From: Vicugna vicugna
Lineage: Eukaryota
Direction of reading: 5' to 3'
Assembly (NCBI GenBank): GCA_013265495.1
Contig: MU058531.1
Location: forward strand, 3,534,911 to 3,598,910
DNA: 64,000 bases
The position numbers were made by a program, and so were the translations under genes. Below the pieces are notes generated by a model. The model was given only the letters and a program-made list of their open reading frames with translations. It did no database searches and had not been told where the DNA came from. Within the stretch, counting starts at the first letter, position 1; every line of letters starts with the position of its first letter. Shown piece after piece: positions 13,913-28,355 of the stretch.

Positions 13913-14744
13913 GTAATGTAGTGTCACAAAGAGTGGAACAGCAAAACATTTTCAAAACTTTTAATAACTTTATTCTTTATACAAAAAGACAGTTTAAATT
14001 ATGTCATGTGAATTGAGGACTTGTCAAGAGCTTCTAAGTTCACATCTTAGGAACATTCACATGTAACTTATGATACTAGCTGTTGGTGAAATGGAACCAA
14101 AATAAAGGAAACTGTTTTCAAAAAACAGTAAATAATTCTAGTGAATTTATAACGTAATTTCTGAGTATTTAGAGAATTTTAAGTTGAAGAATTTGAGAAT
14201 AAACATACCTTTTGCATACTACAGGGAAGACATTCTGCAAACAATGAAAAGATGGCCAGAGTAACATGTCTCTATTCTCAAAAAGCTGACAATTTAGAGG
14301 AGGTGGATGTATATACAGTTGACTTTGTTGCAAGGCCGAGCATGCTACCTTATTTTCTTATACTTGCTGCAACCTCTCTTGCCCCCATGCCTAGCATAGT
14401 TCCTGGCATATTCACAGGCATGCAGTGACTGTTTGTGGAAAGAATAAGCACTGTTATAGAGATATAAATAAAATGCTTTGGGAGGGCAACTGGGACCAAG
14501 GAGTGGTAAAAAGATTGGCCTTCCAAAGATGGCAGCATATAAATAGGTAAAGTTGGCCTTGTACCTACCCAACCATAGTATCAACCAAACTACTACTTAA
14601 TTACTTGTTTATATTATTGTCCCCACAAGGCTCCAAGCTCGCCAAGGGCAGGTGCCATATTTGTCTTGTTTACTAGCATCCTACATGGTGCACAGTACAT
14701 AGCCCATAAGTGTTTGTGGGAAGAAAGAGGGTCATCTGATAAGA

Positions 14745-15190
14745 AGGGTCAAGGATTTTTTTTCCAGCTGCAAGTTAACAGCAACTCAACTCAAACCTGC
14801 TTATACAAACTAAAAGAATTTTTTCATATACTATATGGAAACTTCATAGGGCTTCAAGTACGGCTGGATCTAGGAATCTGACCAATGTCCTCAAGAATCT
14901 TTCTTTTATGTTGGCTTCATTCTCAGACAGACGCTCCTGTTACTGTGGCAAAGACAGCCATCAGTAGCTCCAGGCTCATATCTTCGGAGTTTATCATTCC
15001 AATGAAAAGATTGTGTCTCTTTTCCAAATAGTTTCAGCAGAAGACCAAAGGAGAGCTCTTTGAACAAATCACTGAGGCCAGACCTAAAGGCAGGGGAGGG
15101 GCAGCTTCATGTAATCCGTATAGATTAAGATGGGGAAAAGGTGATTCAACTAAGCAACTAAGAGATTTTGGACTGGCAAAGGAAAACAAA
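14745..15190. mobile_element. MLT1-type MaLR solo LTR
   Basis: gctgcaagttaacagcaactcaactcaaac...gttggcttcattctcagacag...ggcaaagacagcc...tttgaacaaatcactgaggcca. Confidence 0.65.
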
Positions 15191-16049
15191 TAAACACAAA
15201 ATCCCCTGTGTACTCATGATGCAAGGAGACAGACTGAACAATACCATAGAGACAGGAAGGCAGAGAATAGGACATGATGCAAAATGTAGTAGGACTGGGA
15301 TGTCAGACAGATGAGCAGTGGGCAACAGTGACAATTAATGCTAGGAATGTAAATCTAGATCACATGGTACCAGGCTTGAAGGCCAAAAAAGAGGTTTAGA
15401 GTTTGTTCTGTAGACAATTGTGATGCAGTTTGAGGGGACATGGTGGGGGTATAGTCCAAGATGTGTTTAGGGCTCCTGCAGAAGCCACCCTTAGATGCTT
15501 CCCTTTCTCCGTCTGTGTCTCTCCTAAACAAAGAGTCATGGATGAACCACGCCAGGAAGGACCAGGAGTTCAAGAGACTCTTCGGGACTCATTTCACATC
15601 AAGGAGGATGCCCAGGCATGGGTAACTTGCTGGCCACTGTATCCTCAGTCCTGAGACCCCAGCATGAATAAGTCCTGGCCTCTGCTTTAAGGAGTTCACA
15701 GCTAGGGGAAGTTGGGAGGACTGGTTTAGAACAAGGTCGTATTAATACACCTGTACATATATATATACATATGTACTTATGTATATGGAATTAGGCAATT
15801 TAAATAGGAAAGAAAAAGGATGTTTTATTCCTAATAGGGAGTCATGGAAGCCTTCAGAAAGGGGAAAATAGGTGAGTTACACTTTCAGGACAGTTCTTCT
15901 CAAAGCAACTACAAATTCCTCCTGGTCCAGCCTTGAACTACTTCCTTCCTCGTAGTTAGGCAATGGGACTTAAAGAGTCCTCTCTTCTGGATTTCTGTAC
16001 TCTGCTTCCCAGAATTCAGCTTCTCCACAACTCAGATAGCAATGTTAAT

Positions 16050-16325
16050 CGTAGTTGTCGTGGCAGCAGGTGGTCGCAGTAGCAAACGTCTATGGAGCCT
16101 TAACTACACGCTGAGCATCATGTTGGGATCATTAGATACAGTCTCCACTTTCACCCTGAAAATAATTGTATGGGGTATTAGTCCCCTTTTACTGGAAAGG
16201 GACATGAGACTCAGGGAGGGTGGGTGGCTTGCCTCGGGGACCTGCGCAAGGAAACAGTGGAACTGGGAGTCGAACGCAAGTCCATTCAACTCCGGCGCCC
16301 ACGCTCCCCACCTGCACTGTGCTGC
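16050..16325 (-). mobile_element. MIR SINE
   Basis: ggtattagtccccttttac...atgagactcagggagggtgggtggcttgcc. Confidence 0.65.
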
Positions 16326-16481
16326 CTCCCGCCGGTTCCTCCTCCCGTGTTCCAGGTGGGTCACAGCCCCACTCTCGGGTAGTGTGACTGAGGCAGTGAC
16401 TTACAGCATTGAACAGGTCCTACAGAAGTGATGCTTTTCTGACCCGAGGCTCAGGGGTGCAGGAAGGGATGCTGAACCTCT

Positions 16482-16672
16482 GGGATCGCTCTCAACTTCA
16501 GTGTGTATGAGAACGTCAGGGAGATACCTAAAGGTGCAGATTCCTGGGCTCCACTCCTAGAAAGTCTGGTTTCTAGGTTGAGGTGAGGCCTTGGAATCTG
16601 CATTTGAGCAAACACCCTACCACCAGTCCAGAGATTCTGGTGCTGGAGCTCCACACTGTGAGGAGTACTGCC
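16482..16672. mobile_element. MER5-family hAT MITE
   Basis: gtgcagattcctgggctccactcc...ggaatctgcattt...cacactgtgaggagtactg. Confidence 0.75.
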
Positions 16673-16680
16673 TAGGCAGG

Positions 16681-16711
<31 letters not shown>

Positions 16712-16746
16712 CGTGTGTGTGTCTGTGTGTCTGTGTGTCTGTGTGT
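16681..16746. repeat. Compound (GT)n microsatellite
   Basis: (gt)n gcgtgc(gt)n ct(gt)n visible directly. Confidence 0.95.
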
Positions 16747-18944
16747 TGCCTGCATGTGCAAGCCACATGCTCTAGTTCAAGGGTTGTCCTAGTAAGCTCC
16801 ACGGAGGGCGTGTATAGATGTGCATGCACACGACCCAGTTTAGAAGAGCTCTGTCTACATAGGTTTTCATTTTCTTTTTTACATTTCACCATCTGAGCCT
16901 GGACTTTGCACTTAGGGTGACCAGATTCCCATTAAAAGGATCATCTTTCTCCATAAACTGCTCAGTGTATTCAAAAAAACTTTTTGGCAGAAAGTCATTC
17001 ATCCCCTTTCTCTGGACCTGGGAACGGCAGTGGGAAGTGTTCAGGCCTTTTCCCAAATATAATCTCTGACTGTTCGAAGGCTGAGAATCTTCTCTGCCCA
17101 CGGCCTCCTGGGACCCTGAGTGGCCTGCCTGTCATTCGGGGGCACGGAGCATCCCCACACTGGAGATGTGGGAAAGATGGTCTCTGCCCTCGAGGACTTA
17201 AGGTCTTGGTGGTGAGACAGAACAAACCCATGCGAAAGAGTCAGGGAAACAAACACAACCAAAATAAGCCAAATGCAAATCCATGCAGCTGTGAGAATCC
17301 AAGTGCAGGCATAAGGTCCAGCAATCGGTGAAAGGGAAGCAGGAGGAAGTTGCATGTGAGGTGCCAGGTGGGCCCTCAGAAAGGCCTTCCTGGGGGAGGT
17401 CACTTCCGTGCAGTCCCAGACTCTCATCAGGCACTTACAGTGGGCCTGGCGACTGTGAGCATGGCATCCCCAATGTCTGCCTTTTGGGGAGCACAGTGCT
17501 GACTGCTCAGGGAGTCTGGGGCCAAGGAGATGCGGAGGCAACGCATAACGCACAGCACGTGCGCAGGCCTCCTCAAGGCAGTGATGCTTTTGTCAGATTC
17601 CTGAAGGTAGCCCTGCCCCTGACTTTAGGGGAGTCAGGATGAAGTACAAAAGAAGCCTTGCCTGTGGTCTGCCCACTTCCTCTTTCCATCCTGGCTCATA
17701 TGCCTGTGTTGCATAGACACCTCAGGCTTCATGTGTAAACTCCGTCCACACACCACCACCCCAGAGGTCCTAGGCCAGCCTTCGGACCTAGAGTTATGAT
17801 CTACTCTCAGGAGGACCAATGCAGATAATAGCCCCTTGCTGGCCTGGAAGTGGGCTTGAGGCTGTTTGGACAAGGACTGGGGGTCCTGAGTCTACAGGGG
17901 TGAATGATCTGGAAGTGGGGGCACAGCAGATATGTTCCCTCCACCCAACAGGTTTCTCACTCTGTAGAGGGGGCAGAGCTGGATAAGGGCCAACATGGGC
18001 CTTTCAAAGCCTGGGGCCCAGGCAGGGATCCTGACTGCAGGTCTAAGCACAGTTCTGCCTAAGGGATGAGTTGGCATTAGGTAAACTAAAGGTAGGTTGA
18101 GGAAAGCCTTCCCATGTAAAGAAAGAACAACCAGTACAAGATCCACAAGAAGGGAAAAGCCTAGTTCACCTCCCTGAAACAGGGATGTGGCGAGGGCCGA
18201 GTGAGGTTGGAGAACAGACAGGGGCCTCGAGGGCTGGGGTGAGGATTCGGCTCTGCAAAGGATGCAGGCAAGACGTGGTGGACCAGGGAAAGGTGGTTTT
18301 GAATGGAGCAAGAACATTCCTCCCAAATTGAGCCTGTGTGATGCCGGTAAGGTATTTGACATGAGATGAGAGAGCAGGTTGTTTGCTTCAGCTGGGCCTA
18401 AGAGTACTGAGAAAGGCTGGAGGAGGAAGTTAAAAAAAACACTGGGGGAGCGATTGTGGAGGGGCTCTAGGCATGTAGGAAGGGGTCAGGGTCATCAGGG
18501 TAAGCACAGAGCCTCTGGGAGGAACCCTTAAAGAACTGGGCTAGGGGCCAGATTCTCTCTTCATGCTGTGCTGACCATTGAAGTAAGGCAAAATAATAAA
18601 TGTAATGATAAATAATAAGTTTGAAAGTAAGGCAAAATAATCTGCCACATTTAACACCTTTCTACTCTAGAGTGATTCCCTACTCTTGAATCATAGTACT
18701 GTACACGTGTGCAATTTGTATGTTTTTCTGTGTGATTTCAGTGTCCTGAAATCCTTTTTGGATTGGCAATACATCCCATTGTCTGCTTAGTAAATATGAC
18801 CAAGTTTGTGTCATCACTTTTTGTGTCATTTATTTTTTATAATTAGTGGTGACACTCTCATGACTTAATGCCTGTAGAATTATGAATACATTAGACCACA
18901 ATAAGAATTGTCCCTGAAGTCTGTTAGCAGATGTTGGAGGGTAA

Positions 18945-18968
18945 GTGTGTGTGTGTGTGTGTGTGTGT
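18945..18968. repeat. (GT)n microsatellite
   Basis: Pure gt run visible directly. Confidence 0.95.
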
Positions 18969-19390
18969 ATGATAACAGAGCTTACATAATCTCAGTAACC
19001 AAGCCCTGGGGACGCACACTCAGAGACGGAACAGTTGGTTTAAATTAGGTTTCCATGTGAAATACGGTATCACTATTTTTTTCCCTAGCATTGTGGGAAA
19101 GTATATGGAAAATGATTTGACTGATAGGGAATAAATCTGGTTGTGTGATCAGGTTTGAGGCGCAAACCACGTGATGGTCTGTACCTTCTTTGTGAAGCAG
19201 GTCTCTCCAGGGGAAGATGAATTAACCCTTTCAGGCCACTGCTCTAATAAGTCATTGTGTGGTACCAGAATAGCCTGAAAGAACAGTGACTCTGCAGAGA
19301 CACTGATTTGCTGTCAATTTCAATAAGAAGGGCACTAAAGTCATAGAAAGAATATAGCCAGAGGCCTCAAGAACTAATGCATTGAGTGTC

Positions 19391-19566
19391 TTTTTTTTTA
19401 ATAGGTGTATCTTTATCGTTTAATTTTTTAAATTTATTTTGGGGGGAGGGGAGGGAATTCAGTTTATGTATTTACTTATTTATTTATTTTTGATGAAGGT
19501 CCTGGGGATTGAACCCAGGACCTCATGCATGCTAAGTATATGCACTGTACCACTGAGTTATCCCCA
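19391..19566 (-). mobile_element. tRNA-Ala-derived SINE (camelid vic-1-like)
   Basis: Reverse complement of the same head (ggggattgaacccaggacctcatgcatgctaag...cactgag) preceded by a T-rich tail. Confidence 0.85.
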
Positions 19567-21119
19567 CACTGGTTGTCTTTCAGGAATGATTTTAACGTTT
19601 CAGGATTTCATTTTTATTTGTGAGGAGATGGGTTTGAATGTCTAGCTCAAAGAGTCAATGATGTTATGATTCTAAGTGTTTTCTGATTATCTTATAGTAG
19701 GATAGGGCATATCAAAAGCTAATCACACCAAAGGAGGAATTGGCTGGAAGTATCCATGACCCCACTGGCAAAATAATTCCTTGCTCTAGAGAGCCAGAGT
19801 TCCACAGAGGTGACTTTTCACTGGGTAACCAGGTGAGGGGACAGGCGTGGAGACAGTGGATCAGAGCTTGCTCATAGCTGCAGGAGAAGGGGTGGCTCAA
19901 GGAATCCCAGAGGGTTCCTGTGTGCTCAAGGCGGTGCCAGGAGATCAGGTGAATGGTTATCTTCCTCCCAAGAGGCTCTGAATTCCTTGTAGGATGATGT
20001 GGACCCCAGCTCGTCATCCTAGGGGTCTGATTCCAGATCTGTTCTCCTGATGTTTCACAAGAGCCCAGCAACGTCCAGGGCAGGTGGAGAGCAGAGGTAC
20101 CTGCTCGGAGCCCACTGGGCTGAGACCAGCCTCAGGGATGGCAGGTGGTTCATCACATTTCACTGCAGCCAATTTCAGAAGGGAAGAGACAGATTATTAC
20201 GCGGGGCTCCCGGCTGGTACCAGAGTACAACCCTGTTTCAGACTGAAATTCCCCGTTGCTATTTCCCTCTTTGTTTCTGTGTAGGAAGAGGAAAGAGGTG
20301 TTTAGCATCATTCTCTTCTGTTCTGTTTTTTTCACTTCTTTAGTCATTTCTTGGTACTCTTCTCGGTACCTTCTCCTTTGATTCCAACTCTGTCTTTAAA
20401 CATGCAGCTCTTATTGAGTGCTTAGAAGGACCTACCAGTGCCAAGTTTTAAAAACTTAGCTAAACTTCATTAGATGAAAGAGCACCAGCCTGGGAGTCCT
20501 AGTTTTGACAGTGAATTGAATGTGACCTCCGAAAGTCATTTCTCCCATGAGCCTTAGATTCTTGATCAGGAAGAATGGGGTTGGACTGCCCTTTGTGGTT
20601 GCTGCCAACACGAAATGCCGTTCATTCCTCTCATTTTATTTGGGGTTGGGAGAGAGTCAAGGAAGCGGTTGCTTTAGACCTTAAACTCTTTTCTCCCTGC
20701 AGTTGTTGTCACGGGTCACCATGAACTCTCCGTTCAGGCTTCACTCTCACTGAAGTCAGGGAAGTGAGTTGCTCTCCAGGTTTCATCACTGTTGCTGAGC
20801 CACGTACAACTAATGGACCGTGAGGGGGTCAAGATCAAGGTTTTGATCTGTTAACAACCAAGCTTATCAGCCCAGACGTTAACCAGGATGGGAAAGTAAC
20901 TTAAGTGAACACTAGTGTCCAAGCACCAAAGTATAGTAGCAGCAGAATAATCCTAGAGACTAAGAGGATTCTGAGGCAGCGTTCACAAAGGGGAGACTTC
21001 AGTAGAAGATCCCTATTAAATATTATATTCCAGGCTGTGTAGTAGAAAAGACAAGTCACATTAGACTAAATTTAAGCCTCGAGCCAGGAGAACAGTAGAT
21101 TTCATGTATACACATTAGG

Positions 21120-21365
21120 CGATAGTGAGTGGTTAATGGTGTCACCTCTGGGGCCCAGCCCTCAGTTCTAATTCAGGTTTTGCCACCTATTGGTTGGGAA
21201 CCTTGAGCAAGTCTCTTAGGCCCACTGTCCTTCCGTTTTCTCATGTATAAAATGAGGATAGTTATAGTCCCTGACTATTAGGATTGTTGTGAGAGATAAG
21301 TGAGTTGATGTATATAAAGTGCTTAGAACAGTTATACAATAAATGTTGTATTGGTTCTCATTATC
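21120..21365 (+). mobile_element. MIR SINE
   Basis: aaccttgagcaagt...gttttctcatgtataaaatgaggata...aaagtgcttagaacag. Confidence 0.8.
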
Positions 21366-21752
21366 ATTTAGTCATTTGAGGAACATAATAGATAACGCAT
21401 TTATGAAAGATAGTTCAAAAAAATTTTTTTGCATTTTTTCACTTAATATTATACATTTTACTACTTGACGAATGGACTGCCATTCATGGGCTAAGTGCAT
21501 TGATTACATTTAATCTTGCTCCATCGGTCAGATATACTTAAATCAATATTAATCTTGGGCTTTATTTTCTTATGGTCTCGTGGAATTTTATCGATGAAAA
21601 TGGATTTTATGGGTTATATTTCAGCCTCATTTTAAAGATGGAGATGAAGAACACAGAGAGGGTTAATCCCATCACAAAGCGGTGATGAAGCTAGAGCTTC
21701 ACTTCAGTCTCTTGGCCAGGTCCTTCCTTTCCTAATAAACTGATTTTTTTAA

Positions 21753-21998
<246 letters not shown>

Positions 21999-22499
21999 TG
22001 ATCTGGGGGTTTCTTCTTACCAGCCGAAGGGCACTGATGTAATTGCCTGGGTAACCCTGTTTACCCAAACCAGGCAATGGGTAGTGATTATTTGGGGGAG
22101 ATATATTCTCCTGTGCTAGCGCCACAATCCTGCCCCTCAAAGATGCTGCAGAATTCAGCCCCTGTGCACAGTCATGATCCTAATTGGCTGTGTCTGCTTT
22201 GATCCCATACTCTTGGCCTAGCTGAGTATCTGATTGCATAACTCCATCAACCCCATCACGGACCCCTTTCTTCCCCTGCCTTGCCCTGTAAGCTCCATTG
22301 TTACCGATCTCTTCCCAGCTCTGCCTTACGAATTACTTCAGCACTGTTAGCTCCCAGACGCTGACTGCCCTTAGTAATAACAGTGGCTAACATTGATAAT
22401 AAGCATTTAATAATGTTAGCTCTCAGTAAATCAACTGAACTTCAGTTTAAAAAAAAGATAATCCAGAAAACAACAACAATGAAAAAGTTAGCTCTCGTT

Positions 22500-22740
22500 T
22501 TTACCGAACACTTACTATGTGTCAAGTATCAGACTAAGTATACTCTGTGGCATTAAATCTTTTAATTCTCAGAACAATTTTTTGAGGTAGATACTGTTAT
22601 TATTCCCACACCATGCAAAAGAAGAAACTTCTAACTAAGGTTAGAAGAAGTTAAGCCACTCACCCAAGGTCACCTGGCATGGCTGGATGCGAACGCAGGC
22701 AGCCTTGACTTCAGAGCCCTTGCCCTTAACCTCTGTGATA
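22500..22740 (-). mobile_element. MIR SINE
   Basis: cacttactatgtgtca...tgaggtagatactgttattattccc...cacccaaggtcac. Confidence 0.8.
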
Positions 22741-22869
22741 TCCTGCTCTTACACTTTCTCCATCAAGCTAATAATAAGATCACCATTCCGTCACTAAAGC
22801 CTCCTGCATTATTCCCTTTCAGCCTCAGGTACCTTGTGTAAAGTAATGGCCCCTCTCTCTTGGGGGTGG

Positions 22870-23100
22870 CAGTGTGGAGTGAGGAAGAAGAGTGTGGGCG
22901 GTCAAATTACAATAACAGGGAACCAAATCCTGGCTCCCCCAGGGAGTAGCTGTGTAATCTGGGCCAGTGACCTGACCTCACTGAGCCTCAGTTTCTTCAT
23001 CTGTAAATGGGGACAATAATGAAAAGCACCTACCCCTTTACAGAGGACTTAGTGAGATAATGTCAGGTGTTCAGCATGTGTGTCTTGCCTGGAGTTAAGC
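22870..23100 (+). mobile_element. MIR SINE
   Basis: agctgtgtaatctgggccagtgacctgacctcactgagcctcagtttcttcatctgtaaatgggga. Confidence 0.8.
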
Positions 23101-23479
23101 TCCAGAGAACCCATCATTGCTGCTGTTGTCTGAGCTTCACCTTCCCAGTGAGGATTCTCACTATAAATAGATCTTGCTTAAAAACATTTTGAGGTTTTTC
23201 CCTTTGATTCTCCAGGCCCCACATAGGGATTCAGGGTTGGAAGCTGAGAGGAAAATTCTGAGTTGGAAAGTTTTTTTGTCCTTTTGAACTTTCTTAACTA
23301 AGAATAAACTCAAATCATCCTGTCACTGGCATTTAATATGGTCATACAAATGCACTGGGCATAGCTCAAAAGGAGAAACAGAAAAACTATGGGGAGAATA
23401 GGAGGCTATATCCAGATGACTTGGTTCTCTTTTAATAAATCTTCTACAAAGAACTTGTGCTATTTTTCTCTTTAAAAAA

Positions 23480-23812
23480 ATCACATTGGGATAAAACAGT
23501 TCTGTTTTAATGATGCTTATCCTTCTGGGTTTGGCTGGCAAACTGGTGTTGGCTGTTGTCTGGGGACCTCATTTCCTCTCTTCTGGATGTCACTGTCCCC
23601 ACAGCATGGCAGCCGGCTCCCTCCGAGGTGGGCAGTCCAAAAGAGCAAGGCAGAAGCTGCAGTGCCGTTTCTGCCCTGGCCTCAGAAGTCACACACTGTC
23701 ACCTCTGACACACTGCACTGGTCGCATAGGACCAGCACTGGTCCATGGTGGATGGGGACTGCACTGCAGCAGGAGGCCATCCTGGAGGTTGGCTGCCACA
23801 TACCATGTATTA
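23480..23812. mobile_element. MLT1-type MaLR LTR fragment
   Basis: cacagcatggcagccggctccc...ggcctcagaagtcacacactgtcac...ggccatcctggaggttggctgccaca. Confidence 0.65.
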
Positions 23813-26513
23813 GAGATTCTCTTGATATAAGGATGGCCTCAGGAATGACGCACGGAGGCCTTGAGTGAATGTGACTTTTAGACCCAACTTAGTTTGAATT
23901 AGAAATCCAAAAGGTCCATACAGCCAAGTAATTCTTTCTTAGGTGAGCAATAACCTCAAACCAGCTAAACCTCAACATTGATTCCTGTGCCTTGCAGACC
24001 CACTGCCCCTAGTTTCATGCTCCAATATTTGGCTTAAAATTGAACTGCTCTTTACAAATAGATGGGTAAAAGTATCAGGTGTATTTGCTCTTTGGCTGGA
24101 ACAACATACAATATTCACAACATATCCAGGAGGTAAGTTGCTAGATGACCTTATGTTGGAATGACGATGGAGGCAGAGCTCATGTGTGTACTTTTAGGTT
24201 TGAAAATATTTTGATTACAAGTTATTGAACTACACCAATATAACTGAAGTTTTTCATTTTTTAAACAGTTAGATGAGAAGAGGGTACAACCTTATTAAGT
24301 GACTTCGATTTTCTATAGACTGTCTGTTTTGTTTCCTCAAAATAAATTCTCAGCTATTTCTAGGAAACAACTAGAAGTACAAAGAATTATATATAACAAT
24401 ATTTACTCAATTTTAGTATCAATATAAAATAACCCAAAAGTCAACTATATCTCAATTTTTAAATAATAACCCAAATGAACACCAAGAGAAAAATGAAGGA
24501 AATAACATGATGCCCATACAATGGAATATTATTTAGCCACCAAAAATGATATTTATGAAAAATGTTTAATATCATTGGAAAACAAATAACACATAATATG
24601 TCAAACTACCTGGGAACAAAACTGTCTGTACTTAATAACCTTAGCAACATTTAACCAAAATTTATAAAATATTTAGACTAGACAGACACAAATGGAGTAA
24701 ATACTGGAAGGAAATATACCTAATGTTGTCTGTGTACGGAAGAACTATGGGTGGATTTTCGATATTTGGGGTATTTTCCAGATTGTCTACAATAAGCATC
24801 TAGTACCTTTATGATCATAAAAAGAAACAAAAGTTTTTTAAAAGTGCCAGTTCACAGTCTAACAAAGGATCGCTGATCTTTGCTGAGATTTGTCTTTGCC
24901 CCCCCCAGCGTTCCATGACTGCGCCATTACTCACAGTGAGAAGGGTGAATAAATAATGAGAACTGTGTCTCACTCATGGCACTCTGTTTATTTAAACCTC
25001 CAATCCGTGCCCCCAAAAGGATTCTCACCACCTTATAAGGAACCCGTTGTAGGACAGGCTGGACTTAGTGGGATGAAATCAGGAGACAATTTTATTTTTC
25101 TGACCTCACTGTCTTTCAAACCTGCCCCATTGGCTCTCCCTTCCCAGACTCTGGATCACACCTCGGGGGATCCTGTGTCTTTCCTGGTCTCTCATGTGGT
25201 TAATAAGCAGTCTCATTCCCCTATGCCCAGGAGCGTGAAGGAATCTCAGAATCGTTCAGCTGTGCCAAAAAAGCAGGTTGCCTGCAAGTACCTGCGTTTG
25301 TATAAAGTTTAAAGACACACAAACAATTCTACAAACTGCTTATCTACCTGTGTCTGGAAGGTATCAGTTGTGAGGAAAGAACTCTGAAGTCGCAGTTGGT
25401 CCCCTGTGGTGAGGGAGGAGGACATGGAGGGATCTGCTGGGGCCTCAACCATATTAATTGATATTTTATTTTTCAAACTGAGAGGTTGATGCATGGATGT
25501 TTGTCATGTTGTACTTCTTTGTCTTTTGCATATCTTAGATATTACGTAATAATTTTTAAAATCCAGTCTGATAGAAATGAAAATTTCAACTTCTCATTTA
25601 AAGCTTCACCCTTGCCCCACACTTCCCAGCCCCACTAGTCTCCAAAAGCCACCTTAGGGTGGGAAGATATGTTTACCTTTTCTCTTCCTTTTCCTGCAGC
25701 TCAGGGTCCCAACACAAAAAGTGAGCAGAAGAGGAGAAGAGGGGAGGAGTAAAGTCTTCCTTGACTGGGGCAGCTGTGATCTGGCCTTGATGCCCCCACA
25801 GAGAGCCGTGTGGGGGTGCTTTCAGGGTTTCTTCCTAGTTACCTGCTCTAGCTTCCCCCACTTCCTGTCCCATAGGGACCTCCCACTGCACCATCACCTG
25901 GTAAGGGGCAGTGCACCCTCTGGCCTGACCGACCACTCAGTCCTTGCCCCCTGGCCTCTGGTTCTGGAGGTTCCTCCCTCACAGACTCCACTAGGGTCAC
26001 CTCAATTGGCAGGCAGGCCTTTCAAGACAGCTCGGGTCCAAATGCCTTTCAGTATCTGTTCCTGATGCAGAAACACTCAGCATTTTGTCCTCCCAGACTC
26101 TGCAAATGCAGGACACACCCACTGGAACCTTCCCTCATGTTGCCATCCCGTGGCTCTAGGCAGCCTTTCCTCTTTAGGCTTCCTAGTCACACAGCAGCAA
26201 GTGTGCGTGATCAGCAAACTGCCAGGACCCGGGTCAGCCTCTCCATAGAGTTCCCTTGAAGCCCCTGTACTTGGGGTGATTTGCTCCTTCTCACATATGG
26301 CACCCTGACAGCCCTGGCCAAAGAAGCATTCCCTACCTGGCTGCTCAGGTCCAGTTCCTCTGCTGATGGAGGGTGGGAGACCTCTGAGGGCAGGCAGTTT
26401 GGGTCTCCTGGTGACCACCCGCTGCCTCTTTTTAGAAAGTGGAGTTCAATGTCACCTGTTGTTCTCAGCAGCAGTTTCAAAATAGGAAAAGTCTCATTTA
26501 ACATCCTCTTCAA

Positions 26514-26670
26514 GGGGAGGGTATAGCTCAGTGGTATAGTGCCTGCTTAGCTTGTATGAGGTCCTGGGTTCAATTCCCAGTACCTCCACTTAAAAAATAA
26601 ATAAATACATAAACCTAATTACCTCCTCCCAAAAAATAATTTTAAAAAATTTTAATTTAAGTAAAATAGA
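26514..26670 (+). mobile_element. tRNA-Ala-derived SINE (camelid vic-1-like)
   Basis: ggggagggtatagctcagtggt...gaggtcctgggttcaattcccagtacctcc...aaacctaattacctcc plus A-rich tail. Confidence 0.88.
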
Positions 26671-27163
26671 ATGACATCATCATCTAAAAAAACAAATTCT
26701 GTTCTGCAAATAATACTTTAAGATAATGTCCCTCAAGATGGGCCAATGACTTAATGTCAAAGCTGGATTCAGTAGAAGCAGTTTACAAAAGAAGCCAAAA
26801 TAGACTTCATACGTATCACTGCAGGACTGGCCTAATCCAATAACATTTCAGAGATCAGGAGGAGTGGATGGAACACGTTTTCTGTGAGCCAGCCTCCATA
26901 AATATTTGTAGAAACCATATTACCCACGAATTTTCCCTTTTGGGAAACCAGAGAAACTCAAACTGAAGTTCAGCGCCCACCCTCCAAAATTAACTCCTCC
27001 CACACATGTTTTTGTATGTATCTGTCCTATTTAATTTTGTGCTTCAATTTATTAAAGTAATAGTCACATCATGTGGGGAAGTAGGTGGAGATGTGAGTAT
27101 TAAAACATAAAGGAAACAAACAGAAAGAATGAATTTGTATGAAATTTAGGCTCTTTACTGTAA

Positions 27164-27502
<339 letters not shown>

Positions 27503-28072
27503 TAGAGAGTCTTTGTTGCCACTTGGCTCATCACTCACTGAAGCCAGAGAAGAGCTCTCTGAGCCCAGGGTTATCACCTCTCACTGCTGTGTTGGATAAC
27601 AGTTGGGTCCTTGGAAGTTCCAGAGAAAAGTAAGCCAGCTAGCACTGTCTGGGGCTTCATGTTGTTGAGTTAGCGTTAATGGGACCACGTGTAACTACAA
27701 GGACAGATGGGGGTTGTTTTCTGATTTTTTTTTAAAGGTTGATGGGATTGACTTCTCTCTTCTTGGGTGGGAATGTCTGGGTGCAGAGGATATGAGAGTA
27801 GTAACTTTCTTGAATCAGTGGAAGAAAGACTTGGGGGAGGTCAACGCCCCCTTCCTTTCCTCCTTTGTGAGAGGATGCTGGGGAAGCTGGTGCCCCCTCT
27901 AAGGACAATCACTGCCTCTTTTCTCCCTGGCCGATTGCATCTCGTTCCTGATTCCCAGAGTGGAGAGGACCATGGGAGCTCAGACTCAGGGCATTGGGCA
28001 GTGGAGAAAAGGCGCATTGAGAAATGCAAGATGATACAGAAACCTCTGTATGGTGTTTAGAAATGAAAGGAA

Positions 28073-28179
28073 GTGCTCGCTTCAGCAGCACATATACTAA
28101 AATTGGAATGATACAGAGAAGATTAGCATGGCCCCTGTGCAAGGATGACACGCAAATTCATGAAGCGTTCCTTATTTTT
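28073..28179 (+). pseudogene. RNU6: Full-length U6 snRNA retrocopy
   Basis: GTGCTCGCTTC...ACAGAGAAGATTAGCATGGCCCC...TTTTT; 5 substitutions vs canonical U6 (4 are CpG transitions); A-rich tail; TSD agaaatgaaaggaa at 28059-28072 and 28196-28209; no PSE/TATA seen upstream. Confidence 0.95.
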
Positions 28180-28209
28180 AAATGTTAAAAAAGAAAGAAA
28201 TGAAAGGAA

Positions 28210-28318
28210 GGGGAAGGTATAGATCAATGACAGAGCGTGAACTTAGGATGCACAAGATCCTGGGTTCAATCTCCAGTACCTCTGTTTAGAAGATAAATAA
28301 ATAAATGAATAAACCTAA

Positions 28319-28355
<37 letters not shown>

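Noticed and set aside
28073..28179. Functional U6 snRNA gene
   Set aside because: It has a TSD, an A-rich tail and CpG decay, and lacks a recognisable upstream PSE/TATA; it is a retrocopy.
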